NCBI GenBank assembly: GCA_963674745.2
Contig: CAXXDV010000001.1
Span: 448,001 to 512,000, forward strand
Origin: Desulfosudaceae bacterium
GTDB lineage: Bacteria > Desulfobacterota > Desulfobacteria > Desulfobacterales > Desulfosudaceae
Reading direction: 5' to 3'
Length of the DNA: 64,000 nt
This document shows positions 18,025 to 27,323 of the stretch, in pieces. Under the pieces are notes generated by a model. That model saw only the letters and a list, made by a program, of their open reading frames with translations. It was not told where the DNA came from and did no database searches. How positions within the stretch are numbered: position 1 is the stretch's first letter; every line of letters begins with the position of its first letter. A program made the position numbers and the translations under genes.

Positions 18025-19377
18025 ATGATCAATCGCTTTCTCTATCGCAGCTACCGTTTTTTTTATGCCTGGCAACTGTGGCGCGAACGCCGGTTTAGCC
18101 GTGCCGGCTGGGTCCTGTTCTGCCTCGTCGGCGTCCTGGGGCTGTTCAGCCTGGAGACCAACCGGGCCATGGTTTATCAGGCGTTTGCTTTTCTTCTGCC
18201 CGTCATGGGCTTTGCCGTTCTTTTCAGCCTGTTCTTCAGAAGCCGGTTCGAAGTTCGACGTGAGCTTCCCCGATATGCCACCGCCGGCGAAAACCTGACA
18301 TACGCTGTTTACGTAACCAATAACAGCCGTCATCGTCAGCGGGGATTACTGGCCATCGAAAATATGGCCAATCCCTGCCCCGACATGGAAGAAATGCTAA
18401 CCATACCCGAGCCCGGAGAAAACAAACGTAATGCCTGGGATCGACGGGTCATGTGGTTCCGGTTTCAGTGGCTCATCAGACTGCGCAAACGGGCCGATGC
18501 CGGTGAATTCTCCCTGTTGCCCATGGAGCCCGGGGCCACGGTGAAAAACCGGGCCGTGCTCATGCCGCTGCGGCGTGGCCGCATCAACCTGACCGGCATG
18601 ACCATTACCCGTCCCGATCCGCTGGGACTATTCAAGGCAACGGCCCGTATCCAAAACCGTCAGTCCGCCATTATTCTTCCCCGGCGGTATCCGGTACCGT
18701 CACTGACGCTGCCCGGTGTCCGCCAGTATCAGCCGGGTGGCGTGGCCATGGCATCATCGGTGGGAAATTCACAGGAATTCTTTTCTGTCCGGGAATACCG
18801 TCCCGGAGACCCTTTACGCCACATCCACTGGAAAAGCTGGGCGCGAATCGGCAAGCCCGCAATAAAAGAATTCCAGGACGAATTCTTTGTGCGCCACGCC
18901 CTTATTCTGGACACCTTTGAGCCAAACGGAGAGACAGACGTTTTTGAAAGTGCCGTCTCTGTCGCGGCGTCTTTTGTTGATGCTTTTCAGTCACAGGAAG
19001 CGTTGCTTGATTTAATGTTCGTGGAAGACCGGGCCTATTGTTTCTCTTGTGGACGCGGATTGTCCGATACCGGACGGATGCTTGAAATTCTGGCGGATGT
19101 GACCGCCTGCCGGGATAAACCCTTTGAATCCCTGTGGCCGATTGTTTTTGAAAACGCGGCGCATTTAAGCGGTTGCCTGTGTGTTCTGCTGGGATGGGAC
19201 GAAACAAGGCGGAACTTTGTCCGGCAGTTACAGGCAATGCATCTGCCAATGTGCGTCATCATCATCAAAGACAGCCAATCCGAAAAGGAAATTGATCCGG
19301 ACCCCACACATGATCAGACCGCGGCGTTCCATGTCCTGGAAACCGGATCAATCAAAGAGGGACTTGCCGCCATATGA
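18025..19377 (+). CDS. DUF58 domain membrane protein
   Basis: N-terminal TMs; VREYRPGDPLRHIHWKSWAR; follows moxR. Confidence 0.9.
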   Translation: MINRFLYRSYRFFYAWQLWRERRFSRAGWVLFCLVGVLGLFSLETNRAMVYQAFAFLLPVMGFAVLFSLFFRSRFEVRRELPRYATAGENLTYAVYVTNNSRHRQRGLLAIENMANPCPDMEEMLTIPEPGENKRNAWDRRVMWFRFQWLIRLRKRADAGEFSLLPMEPGATVKNRAVLMPLRRGRINLTGMTITRPDPLGLFKATARIQNRQSAIILPRRYPVPSLTLPGVRQYQPGGVAMASSVGNSQEFFSVREYRPGDPLRHIHWKSWARIGKPAIKEFQDEFFVRHALILDTFEPNGETDVFESAVSVAASFVDAFQSQEALLDLMFVEDRAYCFSCGRGLSDTGRMLEILADVTACRDKPFESLWPIVFENAAHLSGCLCVLLGWDETRRNFVRQLQAMHLPMCVIIIKDSQSEKEIDPDPTHDQTAAFHVLETGSIKEGLAAI

Positions 19378-21344
19378 AACCGCCGCCTTTTATCATCACC
19401 GCTGCCATCCTGTTCTGGGGTGCCCACACCGGCATGATACCCGTTGCCCTGGCCATGGCCCTTCCCCTGGAATTGCCCCGCCTGGTGCAGCGCCGGTGGA
19501 ACTTTGATGACGCCGACTTTAACCGGGTGGCAGACATCTGCGCGGTGGTTATTATCGGCCTGTTTGTCTATTTTCTCAGCATCACGCCCATCAAGGCCCT
19601 CTATGCCGTCGGCAAATGGCTGCCTGTGGCCGTATTCCCCATAATGGCCGTTCAGTCATACAGCACGCAAGGCCGGGTGCGCGCCAGCTCCCTGATCTGG
19701 ATGCTGAGACGCGCGGAGGCCCGGGGTGAGATCACACCGCGTTACGTCGACCTGTCTTATCCTTACATCGCCATTTGCGTCATCGCCGCCGGGATCGCCA
19801 ATGTCCGAACGCCATGGTTTTATCCCGGTGTAATAGTTCTTTCCGTGTGGGCATTATTTCCGCTTCGCTCAAGGCGTTATCCCTTTGCCGTATGGATTAT
19901 CATTCTGACCTTTATCGGTTTTACCGGTTTCGGGCTGCATAACGGCATGCACGGCTTTCAAAAACTGGCCATGCGCTGGTATTACAAGAACTTCATGAGC
20001 CCCGCGGATCCTTTTTTTGCAACCACGGCCATCGGGGACATCGGTGAGCTGAAACCGTCGGGACGAATCCTGTTCCGGGTAAAACAGGCCGGGGCTGAGC
20101 CGCTCCCTGCCATGCTGATCGAAGGTGTTTATAATCTGTATGTCTCACGGGACTGGGTTGCCATGGGCGCCGACTTAAATTCAATAGACCCGGAAAACAG
20201 CACCAATAAATGGGTCCTGACCGCCGGCGCCGACCTCAAAGCCGCCGCAACAATAGCCGCCCCTCTCAAACGGGGCGAGGGAATACTGAAACTGCCGCCT
20301 GACACCATTGAAGTCACAAATCTGCCTGTGGCCGCCATCCATCAGAACCGGTTAGGCGCGGTCACAGTGGATGGCGGTCCGGGCCTGGTCACATATACGG
20401 CCAAAACCGGGATATTAAAAACCGTTTCCGCTCCTGATCGATATGACTTAAAAATACCGCACCAGGAGAAAACGGTCATTCGTGACGTAGCCCGATCACT
20501 GGCGTTCGAGGGGCAATCACCGGATAAAATTGTTGCACGGTTGAGCAACTGGTTTCAGGAAGCGTTTACCTACTCCCTGGAACTGGAGGCGCACAAAAAA
20601 GGCACGGCACTGACCGACTTTCTTTTGCGCACCCGTTCCGGACACTGTGAATATTTTGCCACGGCAACGGTTCTCCTGCTTCGCGAAGCCGGTATTCCGG
20701 CCCGTTATGTCACCGGTTATGTTGTGCCTGAAAGAGCCGAGGACCCGACGGGCTGGGTCCCCGTCAGGGGCCGTCACGCCCATGCCTGGGCCACGGCATT
20801 TATCAATCAAAAATGGGTGCCCGTTGACACCACCCCGCCGGGCTGGATACAGGCGGAGGATGAGAACGCTGCTGTATGGGAACCGCTCTACAGCCGGCTG
20901 TCTGGCTTTTATTTCGCCTATAACTTGTGGCGTTGGGGAGAAGAGCGCAACCTGTCCAATTACCTGCTGTGGCTGCTGATTCCCATGATACTGTATCTCG
21001 GCCGTAGTCTTTTCCGTCGCCGGGTCACCCATAAAAATCAGACGGCGAAAACGCAAAAACGGATGGAGGCCATATGGCCGGGCACGGATTCGGCTTTTTA
21101 CCGGGTGGAACAGGCCCTTTTATCCCGGGGATACGACCGGTTTGAAGGCGAAACCCTGACGGCATGGATATTGAGAATACAGGCACATCTGCCCGACCGG
21201 GAACTGACGGATCACATAAAGACCTTACTGGCGCTTCACTATAAATACCGGTTTGACCCGATTGGCCTCAATCCGGATGAAAAAGAACGACTGGTCCGGG
21301 ATGCCGACCAGATTCTGTCAGGCATGGCGTCAAAAACAATATGA
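19374..21344 (+). CDS. TgpA-like membrane transglutaminase domain protein
   Basis: Multi-TM N-terminus; GHCEYFAT, RYVTGY, HAHAW, DTTP catalytic-triad motifs; ATGA overlap with DUF58. Confidence 0.9.
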   Translation: MKPPPFIITAAILFWGAHTGMIPVALAMALPLELPRLVQRRWNFDDADFNRVADICAVVIIGLFVYFLSITPIKALYAVGKWLPVAVFPIMAVQSYSTQGRVRASSLIWMLRRAEARGEITPRYVDLSYPYIAICVIAAGIANVRTPWFYPGVIVLSVWALFPLRSRRYPFAVWIIILTFIGFTGFGLHNGMHGFQKLAMRWYYKNFMSPADPFFATTAIGDIGELKPSGRILFRVKQAGAEPLPAMLIEGVYNLYVSRDWVAMGADLNSIDPENSTNKWVLTAGADLKAAATIAAPLKRGEGILKLPPDTIEVTNLPVAAIHQNRLGAVTVDGGPGLVTYTAKTGILKTVSAPDRYDLKIPHQEKTVIRDVARSLAFEGQSPDKIVARLSNWFQEAFTYSLELEAHKKGTALTDFLLRTRSGHCEYFATATVLLLREAGIPARYVTGYVVPERAEDPTGWVPVRGRHAHAWATAFINQKWVPVDTTPPGWIQAEDENAAVWEPLYSRLSGFYFAYNLWRWGEERNLSNYLLWLLIPMILYLGRSLFRRRVTHKNQTAKTQKRMEAIWPGTDSAFYRVEQALLSRGYDRFEGETLTAWILRIQAHLPDRELTDHIKTLLALHYKYRFDPIGLNPDEKERLVRDADQILSGMASKTI

Positions 21345-22321
21345 TGGTATCCGGTTTTTTTATGCGACAAAAAAGCCCCTTCAACCCGTCCACCCGGCGG
21401 ACCAACGTTATCACCGTTTCCCGGATCGCCGGCTGTTATATCGCCTGGTGCCTGCTGCAGGCCCTGATTTACGGGGCGGGTTTCATGTTTCCCCCGGCTG
21501 AGACCATGTCCTGTATTTTGATCCCCGCAGCCGTCATCGTTAACATTTTGTTCGCCTGCCAATTGACCCTCGCTCATCTGGTATACGTCGAACCAGTTCT
21601 GGCGCGCCGCCCGGTCTTTCGATCCCTGCTGATCATTGTCTGCCTGGCGCTTGGAACGGGCCTGCTCTTCTGGGCTCAAGGCAGAGGATCGACTTTTTTT
21701 ATCCAGACACTGTCGACCGCCAATCTTTTGGTGCTGGCCTGCCTGACAGGGCCCTGGCTCACGGTTTCCCTCAAGCGGCCTTCGGAAATCGTCCTTCTGG
21801 CCGCGCTGGTCCTGGCCATCGACGGGATAAGCGTGCTGGCCGGTCCCACGCGAACAATCAGCACTGTTCTCAAGCCGTTTTACAAAGGCGGCATGAAAGG
21901 TCCGGTACCGCTCAGCGACGCGCTGATTGTCAAAGCAGCCGTGCCCGGCCTGCCTCAGGCGATACCGGTGTTCGGCGTCTCCGACTGGATCATGCTGGTG
22001 TTTTTCGCGGCCGCCTGCGCCCGGTTCAATATCCGGGACAATCTTCTCGGCCCGGGGCTTGATAAACTTGTCCGCCGGAAACAACCCGGCCGGCCCTTCC
22101 TTCCCATCACCGGCGCCGGCCTTATCGCGGCCGTCGTCACGGCCCAGATCCTGGGCCTGTTTCTCCCGGCCCTGCCGTTTATGGCGCTGGCCCTGATATT
22201 ATATCTGACAATATGCTTTCCGGAAACACGGCATATGAAGCTGCGGGAATGGATCATCGCGGCCGCGTTAGTCACGGCTACCGGTGTCGTATGCCTTCTG
22301 GTTTTTCATACCGGCGGATAA
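21341..22321 (+). CDS. Polytopic membrane protein with presenilin/SPP-like (A22) aspartyl protease motifs
   Basis: LAIDGISVLAGP, FGVSDW and LPALP in presenilin order; ATGA overlap with tgpA. Confidence 0.6.
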   Translation: MMVSGFFMRQKSPFNPSTRRTNVITVSRIAGCYIAWCLLQALIYGAGFMFPPAETMSCILIPAAVIVNILFACQLTLAHLVYVEPVLARRPVFRSLLIIVCLALGTGLLFWAQGRGSTFFIQTLSTANLLVLACLTGPWLTVSLKRPSEIVLLAALVLAIDGISVLAGPTRTISTVLKPFYKGGMKGPVPLSDALIVKAAVPGLPQAIPVFGVSDWIMLVFFAAACARFNIRDNLLGPGLDKLVRRKQPGRPFLPITGAGLIAAVVTAQILGLFLPALPFMALALILYLTICFPETRHMKLREWIIAAALVTATGVVCLLVFHTGG

Positions 22322-22341
22322 ACGCCTAAACCGGGCCGCTG

Positions 22342-23115
22342 TTACTTTTTAATCAACTTCTTAAAATCCGGCTTTCGTTTTTCCAGAAAGGCCATTACGG
22401 CTTCCATGTTTTCCGGGCTGCCCGCCTGGCGGCTCATGGCATCATGTTCGGCGTCCAGGGCCGCCTGGATACCCGTCTTATGCATGACATTCAGGCACCG
22501 CTTGGTTTCTTTCAAGGCGTTGACCGGCCATTGCGCGATCTCCGCCGCTGTTTTCAGGGCGGTCTCCAGGACTTCGGCATCGCTGCACTTGGCCTTGGCG
22601 ATACCCGTTGCCACGGTTTCATCCGCGTCTACCCATTTTGAGCTCAACAGGATTTCCGCCGCCCGCTGGGTGCCGATTCTGGCCTGCAGCATATAGGTAC
22701 TGCCAAACTCGGGTGCCATGCCCAGGCTGGTAAACGGCACCCGCAGGCGCAGGCTTTCTCCGACATAAAGCACATCGCAATAAAACAGTATGGTCGCACC
22801 GCCGCCCACGGCAACGCCGGTGGCCGCGCCGATAAGGGGTTTGTCGAATTCAACCACGGCATCCTCACCGGTCCTGTATGAAGCACCGCCGCCACCGGGC
22901 AGGCTTTCAAAATCGCCCAGGTCCTGGCCGGAGCTGAAATTGTTACCGGCGCCGGTGATCACCACCACGTTGACATCATCGTCCTGCCTGGCCTCGTTCA
23001 GGGCGTCGGCAAGTCCCTGCCATTGCGCGGCGTTAAAGGCGTTTTTTTTATCAGGCCGGTTCAGGGTCACCACCAGCACACCGTCATTCAGTTCTTTTAA
23101 AACGACATCACTCAT
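22342..23115 (-). CDS. Enoyl-CoA hydratase/isomerase (crotonase)
   Basis: TLNRPDKKNA, FSSGQDL, GVAVGGG, LGMAPE. Confidence 0.92.
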   Translation of the reverse strand: MSDVVLKELNDGVLVVTLNRPDKKNAFNAAQWQGLADALNEARQDDDVNVVVITGAGNNFSSGQDLGDFESLPGGGGASYRTGEDAVVEFDKPLIGAATGVAVGGGATILFYCDVLYVGESLRLRVPFTSLGMAPEFGSTYMLQARIGTQRAAEILLSSKWVDADETVATGIAKAKCSDAEVLETALKTAAEIAQWPVNALKETKRCLNVMHKTGIQAALDAEHDAMSRQAGSPENMEAVMAFLEKRKPDFKKLIKK

Positions 23116-23262
23116 CTTTTACTTTCCCTTCAATAAGTTAACCGGTTATTTGTATCAAAATAACAACTTCATTTTCATTTCCGCCGATGACTCCCGGAAA
23201 AACCCAAGAGGCCGGAGTTTCAAAGGGTCAAGTGAACAGAAAAAAAATCACCCAGCACAAGC

Positions 23263-23297
23263 CCTTGGCCCCTCGACCCCTTGAATCCTTGAACCCT
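23263..23297. repeat. Octamer-periodic intergenic repeat
   Basis: ccttggcccctcgaccccttgaatccttgaaccct; reverse complement of 25774-25808 at 33/35. Confidence 0.75.
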
Positions 23298-23367
23298 TCA
23301 CAATGTATGCAAAATTTCGAGGGGTGCAGCGTAACACAAAGCAGAGCTCGAACGTTTTACAAAGCCA

Positions 23368-24618
23368 TTACCAGCGGCGGCCCAGCCATGCACTGATCGA
23401 GGTCCTTATCAAATTAGGCGTCAGCCTGGCGCCCAGAGCGACATAACCGCCCGGCGGTTTCTTGTAATCCGCAACCGGCTTCATGGTGATCGCCCGGGCC
23501 TTGTCGCAGGCCACGACACACTGGCCGCAACCCACGCAGCGTTTTAAATCATGATGGTGGGTCTTGTTGCGGGTGTCCACCGTTATGGCGCCCATGGGGC
23601 AACGCAGGGCGCACTTGGCGCAATGGTCACAGGCGTTCATATCAAACACCGGCAGATATCGCGGCGGCGCGATCATGGCCGGCATGTTGTACTGGGTCAC
23701 GGTCTGCATCATATGGCAGCAACAACCGCAGCAGGAGCAGGAGGAGCCGCCGTATTTCCCCGAATCTTCATTAAATATCCAGCTCACCAGACCGGCCTGT
23801 TCGGCCTGACATTTTATTTCAACCGCTTCCTGTTTATCGATAATACGCGCCTTTCCGGCATCGGCCAGGACTTTCACAACCCCTTCCCCGAAAATCACAC
23901 AGTTTTCCAGGGGGCGTCCGCAGCCCCGCCCGGCCAGTATTTCGGTCATTCTGCACTGGCAATTCGTGACCCCAAAGATATGATAACGATCCATGATCTC
24001 CTCCAGGCGATCCGAGGGCAGGGCCACTTGCTGGGCCTCCAGAGTATGATGGCCGGGAAGGTAACGAACGGCCGGCAGATCATATTTCAGATAATCGGTC
24101 AGAAAGCCGGTTTCCACCAGGCGCTCAAACAATTCGGCAAACCGGCGCTGCCAGTCGGACAGGTTGTCCAGGGCCGTGGTCATCATAACCGCTTCAAAGG
24201 TGCCGGGTAAGATAGGCATGACCGCGTATTTTCGTTTTGGCCCGTCTCCCGTGGCCAGGAGAATAAATTTCTCGCGGCTTAAATGATCCAGTATTTTCCG
24301 TACCTCTTCCACCGGCCGCTGGCTGGCCTTGGCCGCTTTCTGAGCGGTCATGCGGACCATGGGCTTAAAATGCCTCACGATATCCGCTTCTTCCTCCGTA
24401 AACATATGCATGATCAAATCCATCAGCTCGTCACAGACTGGCGGACCGGCAAGGCGGGTGGAAGAATAGAGCCTGGCCGTATCCCGGAAGGCTTTAGGCA
24501 CATCCGGGTAAGCACCGAGTGGCTTAATATTGACACTCTTGGTCAGGGGGGGTTTGGGCCCGACGATTCCCTGATTGACTTCAATGATAGTCGTGGCCTT
24601 GGATTTTTCGTCCGCCAT
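23368..24618 (-). CDS. 4Fe-4S dicluster protein with extra Cys-rich motifs
   Basis: CQCR..C..C, CSCCGCCC, CDHCAKCALRCP, CVGCGQCVVAC. Confidence 0.85.
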   Translation of the reverse strand: MADEKSKATTIIEVNQGIVGPKPPLTKSVNIKPLGAYPDVPKAFRDTARLYSSTRLAGPPVCDELMDLIMHMFTEEEADIVRHFKPMVRMTAQKAAKASQRPVEEVRKILDHLSREKFILLATGDGPKRKYAVMPILPGTFEAVMMTTALDNLSDWQRRFAELFERLVETGFLTDYLKYDLPAVRYLPGHHTLEAQQVALPSDRLEEIMDRYHIFGVTNCQCRMTEILAGRGCGRPLENCVIFGEGVVKVLADAGKARIIDKQEAVEIKCQAEQAGLVSWIFNEDSGKYGGSSCSCCGCCCHMMQTVTQYNMPAMIAPPRYLPVFDMNACDHCAKCALRCPMGAITVDTRNKTHHHDLKRCVGCGQCVVACDKARAITMKPVADYKKPPGGYVALGARLTPNLIRTSISAWLGRRW

Positions 24619-24635
24619 AATTTTCTCCCTTTGTC

Positions 24636-25760
24636 TTATTCAGGAAAACACTGCCCGGGTTTTTCGCCGGCTTTTTCCTTGAGTTCTTTTAAACCCGGCC
24701 GGGCGTATTCCATGTGCCCTTCCTTTAAGGTGGGGCCATTGATGATGACCTCGGATCTGAGCCGGCGGCCCATGGTTTTTTCCATATTCCTGCCCAGTTT
24801 TAACACCTTCCGGACATCATAGCCATGATCGATGCCCATCTCATCCAGTTGCACGATCAAATCTTCCAGGCAGACGAGCCCCACATATCTGGGGTCGTCA
24901 TAATAGTAATCCCCGGTGCCCTTGACCGGACAGTCATCGAGGAAATTGGCGGGCTGCCCGCCCAGGCCGCCCAGGGTGGCCTCGAAGTTGGTGATACCCG
25001 CCTGCAGGGCCGCCAGAATAGAGGCCGAAGCCACGCGCTTGGTTTCATGAAAGTGGGCGATATGCCTGGAGACATCCGGGATTTCGTCCAGGACCATGGA
25101 AAAATAGCGATACACTTCAGGGGCCGAGGCGCTGCCGTCATGGTCGGCATGCTCGACATCACTGGCCCCGATATCAAGCCATCTTTTCGTGAAAGTGACG
25201 GCGTCTTTCATGTCGGTTGCCCCGCCGATGGGACTTCCCCAGATGGTGCTGACCGTACCGCACATCTTCATACCCGCATCACGGCACTTCTTGATGGCCC
25301 GCTCGGCTTCGGCCCAGTACCGGGGCAGCGTGATACCGGAATTGGCATAATGGTGCTCTTCTTCGGTGGATACCATCATCAGGCACCTGTCCGGCCCTAC
25401 GCCCGCTTCTCTTAAGCGGATGGCCTTGTCAACCGCAGGCTCCCGGATGGTCACCGCCGTAAAGCAGATATCGGCCGGATTAATCCCCCGCTTTTCACAA
25501 CCCTTGATAAACCGTTCGCTCCGGAAGTACTTAAGTACCTCTTCGGCGTCCCGAAACTGCGGCATGATATAAGGATTGCCGAGGTTGGTCAGTTCAATAT
25601 ACCGGCAACCGGCAAAAATCAGTTCTTCGGCGTAATGAATTTTGGCCGCGGTTGAAATAAACTTCTCCTCGTGCTGAAACCCGTCCCTGACGGTAATGTC
25701 ACCAATCGTGACTTTTTTCGGCATTCTGGGGAAAACTTTCCATAAATCATGTTCGGACAT
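24636..25760 (-). CDS. HMG-CoA-lyase-like DRE-TIM metallolyase (pyruvate carboxyltransferase domain)
   Basis: TVRDGFQHE, HFHET, GGLGGQP (no active-site-loop Cys). Confidence 0.8.
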   Translation of the reverse strand: MSEHDLWKVFPRMPKKVTIGDITVRDGFQHEEKFISTAAKIHYAEELIFAGCRYIELTNLGNPYIMPQFRDAEEVLKYFRSERFIKGCEKRGINPADICFTAVTIREPAVDKAIRLREAGVGPDRCLMMVSTEEEHHYANSGITLPRYWAEAERAIKKCRDAGMKMCGTVSTIWGSPIGGATDMKDAVTFTKRWLDIGASDVEHADHDGSASAPEVYRYFSMVLDEIPDVSRHIAHFHETKRVASASILAALQAGITNFEATLGGLGGQPANFLDDCPVKGTGDYYYDDPRYVGLVCLEDLIVQLDEMGIDHGYDVRKVLKLGRNMEKTMGRRLRSEVIINGPTLKEGHMEYARPGLKELKEKAGEKPGQCFPE

Positions 25761-25773
25761 ATACACCTCTTAT

Positions 25774-25808
25774 AGGGTTCAAGGATTCAAGGGGTCGAGG
25801 GTTCAAGG
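25774..25808. repeat. Octamer-periodic intergenic repeat
   Basis: agggttcaaggattcaaggggtcgagggttcaagg. Confidence 0.75.
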
Positions 25809-25870
25809 TTCTTCCTGAACGGCCTCATTAACACTTTTAAATATTTTCTATGGTTCGGTTGAACACCAAC

Positions 25871-25926
25871 CACATAATCACATAAACACTTAACCGCCTA
25901 AAACCTTAAAACTCTAAAACCATAAA
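25871..25926. repeat. Degenerate 8-nt tandem repeat (7 units)
   Basis: cacaTAAt cacaTAAa cactTAAc cgccTAAa acctTAAa actcTAAa accaTAAa. Confidence 0.7.
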
Positions 25927-25946
25927 ACCAAATCCTATTCTGACTT

Positions 25947-26825
25947 TCACGCCGCCCCGATTTTACTCAAAATAAACGCCGAAGCCGCATCCAACTTTTC
26001 CAGATCCACGCCGCAATCAATATTCAGCTTATCGAACAGATAAACCAGATGCTCGGTGGCGACATTTCCCCGGGCGCCCCGGGCAAACGGACACCCGCCC
26101 AGCCCACCGGCCGAGCCATCGAAAATCGTGACGCCGGCCTCGAGCCCGGCCATGACATTGGCCACGGCAATACCCCGTGTGTCATGAAAATGAAGGGCCA
26201 TTTTTTCAAGCCCGAACCGTTTTTCGACCCGGCCCAGAAGTTCCTTTACCTGCCGGGGACCGGCCACACCGATGGTATCGCTCAAGACGATTTCATAGGC
26301 TCCCAGCGTCAAAAACCGCTCGACAATTTTCATTAAAAGCGATTCATCGATTGAGCCTTCATCCGGACAGCCGAAAACCATGGAGATCAGCCCCCGAATA
26401 TTCATGCCGTGACCAGCGGCAACCCGGGCCACGGCCGCGATGTCCTTTAACGAACCTTCGACATCCCGGTTGATGTTTTTCCGGTTGAAGGTGTCGGACG
26501 GCGAAGTAAACAGGGCGATGGTTTTCACCTGACAACGGACGGCCCGCTCCAGCTGCTTTTCATTGGGCACCAGGGCCGTCAGCCGTATGCCCTGGCCTTT
26601 AAGCCCGGATATTAACGGATAAAAAGTATCCGCATCACCAAGCTGGGGAATCCGTCCGGGATCAACAAAACTGGTCACCTCAAAATCAGTTAAGCCCGCG
26701 GCCAGGAGCTTGTCAAAGAACGCCTTTTTATCCTCCGTGGAGATGACCGGGCCGGTTTCATTCTGAAGCCCGTCCCGCAAGGCCACCTCGACAATCTTAA
26801 CCTTTGGCGGAAAACCGGAAAGCAT
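25947..26825 (-). CDS. liuE: Hydroxymethylglutaryl-CoA lyase
   Basis: VEVALRDGLQNE, SDTIG, LHFHDTRG, GGLGGCPFA, GNVATE. Confidence 0.9.
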   Translation of the reverse strand: MLSGFPPKVKIVEVALRDGLQNETGPVISTEDKKAFFDKLLAAGLTDFEVTSFVDPGRIPQLGDADTFYPLISGLKGQGIRLTALVPNEKQLERAVRCQVKTIALFTSPSDTFNRKNINRDVEGSLKDIAAVARVAAGHGMNIRGLISMVFGCPDEGSIDESLLMKIVERFLTLGAYEIVLSDTIGVAGPRQVKELLGRVEKRFGLEKMALHFHDTRGIAVANVMAGLEAGVTIFDGSAGGLGGCPFARGARGNVATEHLVYLFDKLNIDCGVDLEKLDAASAFILSKIGAA

Positions 26826-27323
26826 CTACTCGGCGTCCTTTTCGGGCGTTATGGCCGCCAGTTCCACATCCCCTTCCACCTGGTCGCCCTCTTTGTAAAA
26901 AATTTTTGTCAGACGGCCGTCCGTATTGGCAGTCATGGTATGTTCCATCTTCATGGCTTCTAAAATAAGAATCTTGTCGCCTTTTTTAACAAGGCTGCCT
27001 TCTGTGACAAAAATTTTAAATATATTGCCCGGCATGGAGGATTTCAAAGAGCCGCTGCCACCGCCGGATTTTTTCGCCCGGACGGCGCCGGGCAATTCGA
27101 CAAAAGCCTCCAGGGGACCGATATTGACCTGAACATTTCGGGCGGTCCGGCTGCACCTGACAACATGGTTCAAATGGTCATTGGTTATAACCAGGCGGGA
27201 TTTGTTTTTCCGTTGCTTAAACACATAGTCTTTACCTTCAAACACAAACGACAGTTCATGACCGTCCATATTGACGGCATCAACTTGATAGGTCTTGCCA
27301 TTGATGATCAGTTCTCGTTTCAC
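26826..27323 (-). CDS. Biotin carboxyl carrier subunit (C-terminal part of MCC alpha)
   Basis: SMPG, EAMKME biotinylation motif. Confidence 0.9.
   Translation of the reverse strand: MKRELIINGKTYQVDAVNMDGHELSFVFEGKDYVFKQRKNKSRLVITNDHLNHVVRCSRTARNVQVNIGPLEAFVELPGAVRAKKSGGGSGSLKSSMPGNIFKIFVTEGSLVKKGDKILILEAMKMEHTMTANTDGRLTKIFYKEGDQVEGDVELAAITPEKDAE

Noticed and set aside
23170..23200. Fluoride-riboswitch-like GCCGATGACTCC
   Set aside because: The required 5' conserved segment is missing and no fluoride-related gene follows
23204..25926. CRISPR array or IS ends
   Set aside because: Repeats are octamer-periodic without unique spacers; no cas or transposase gene
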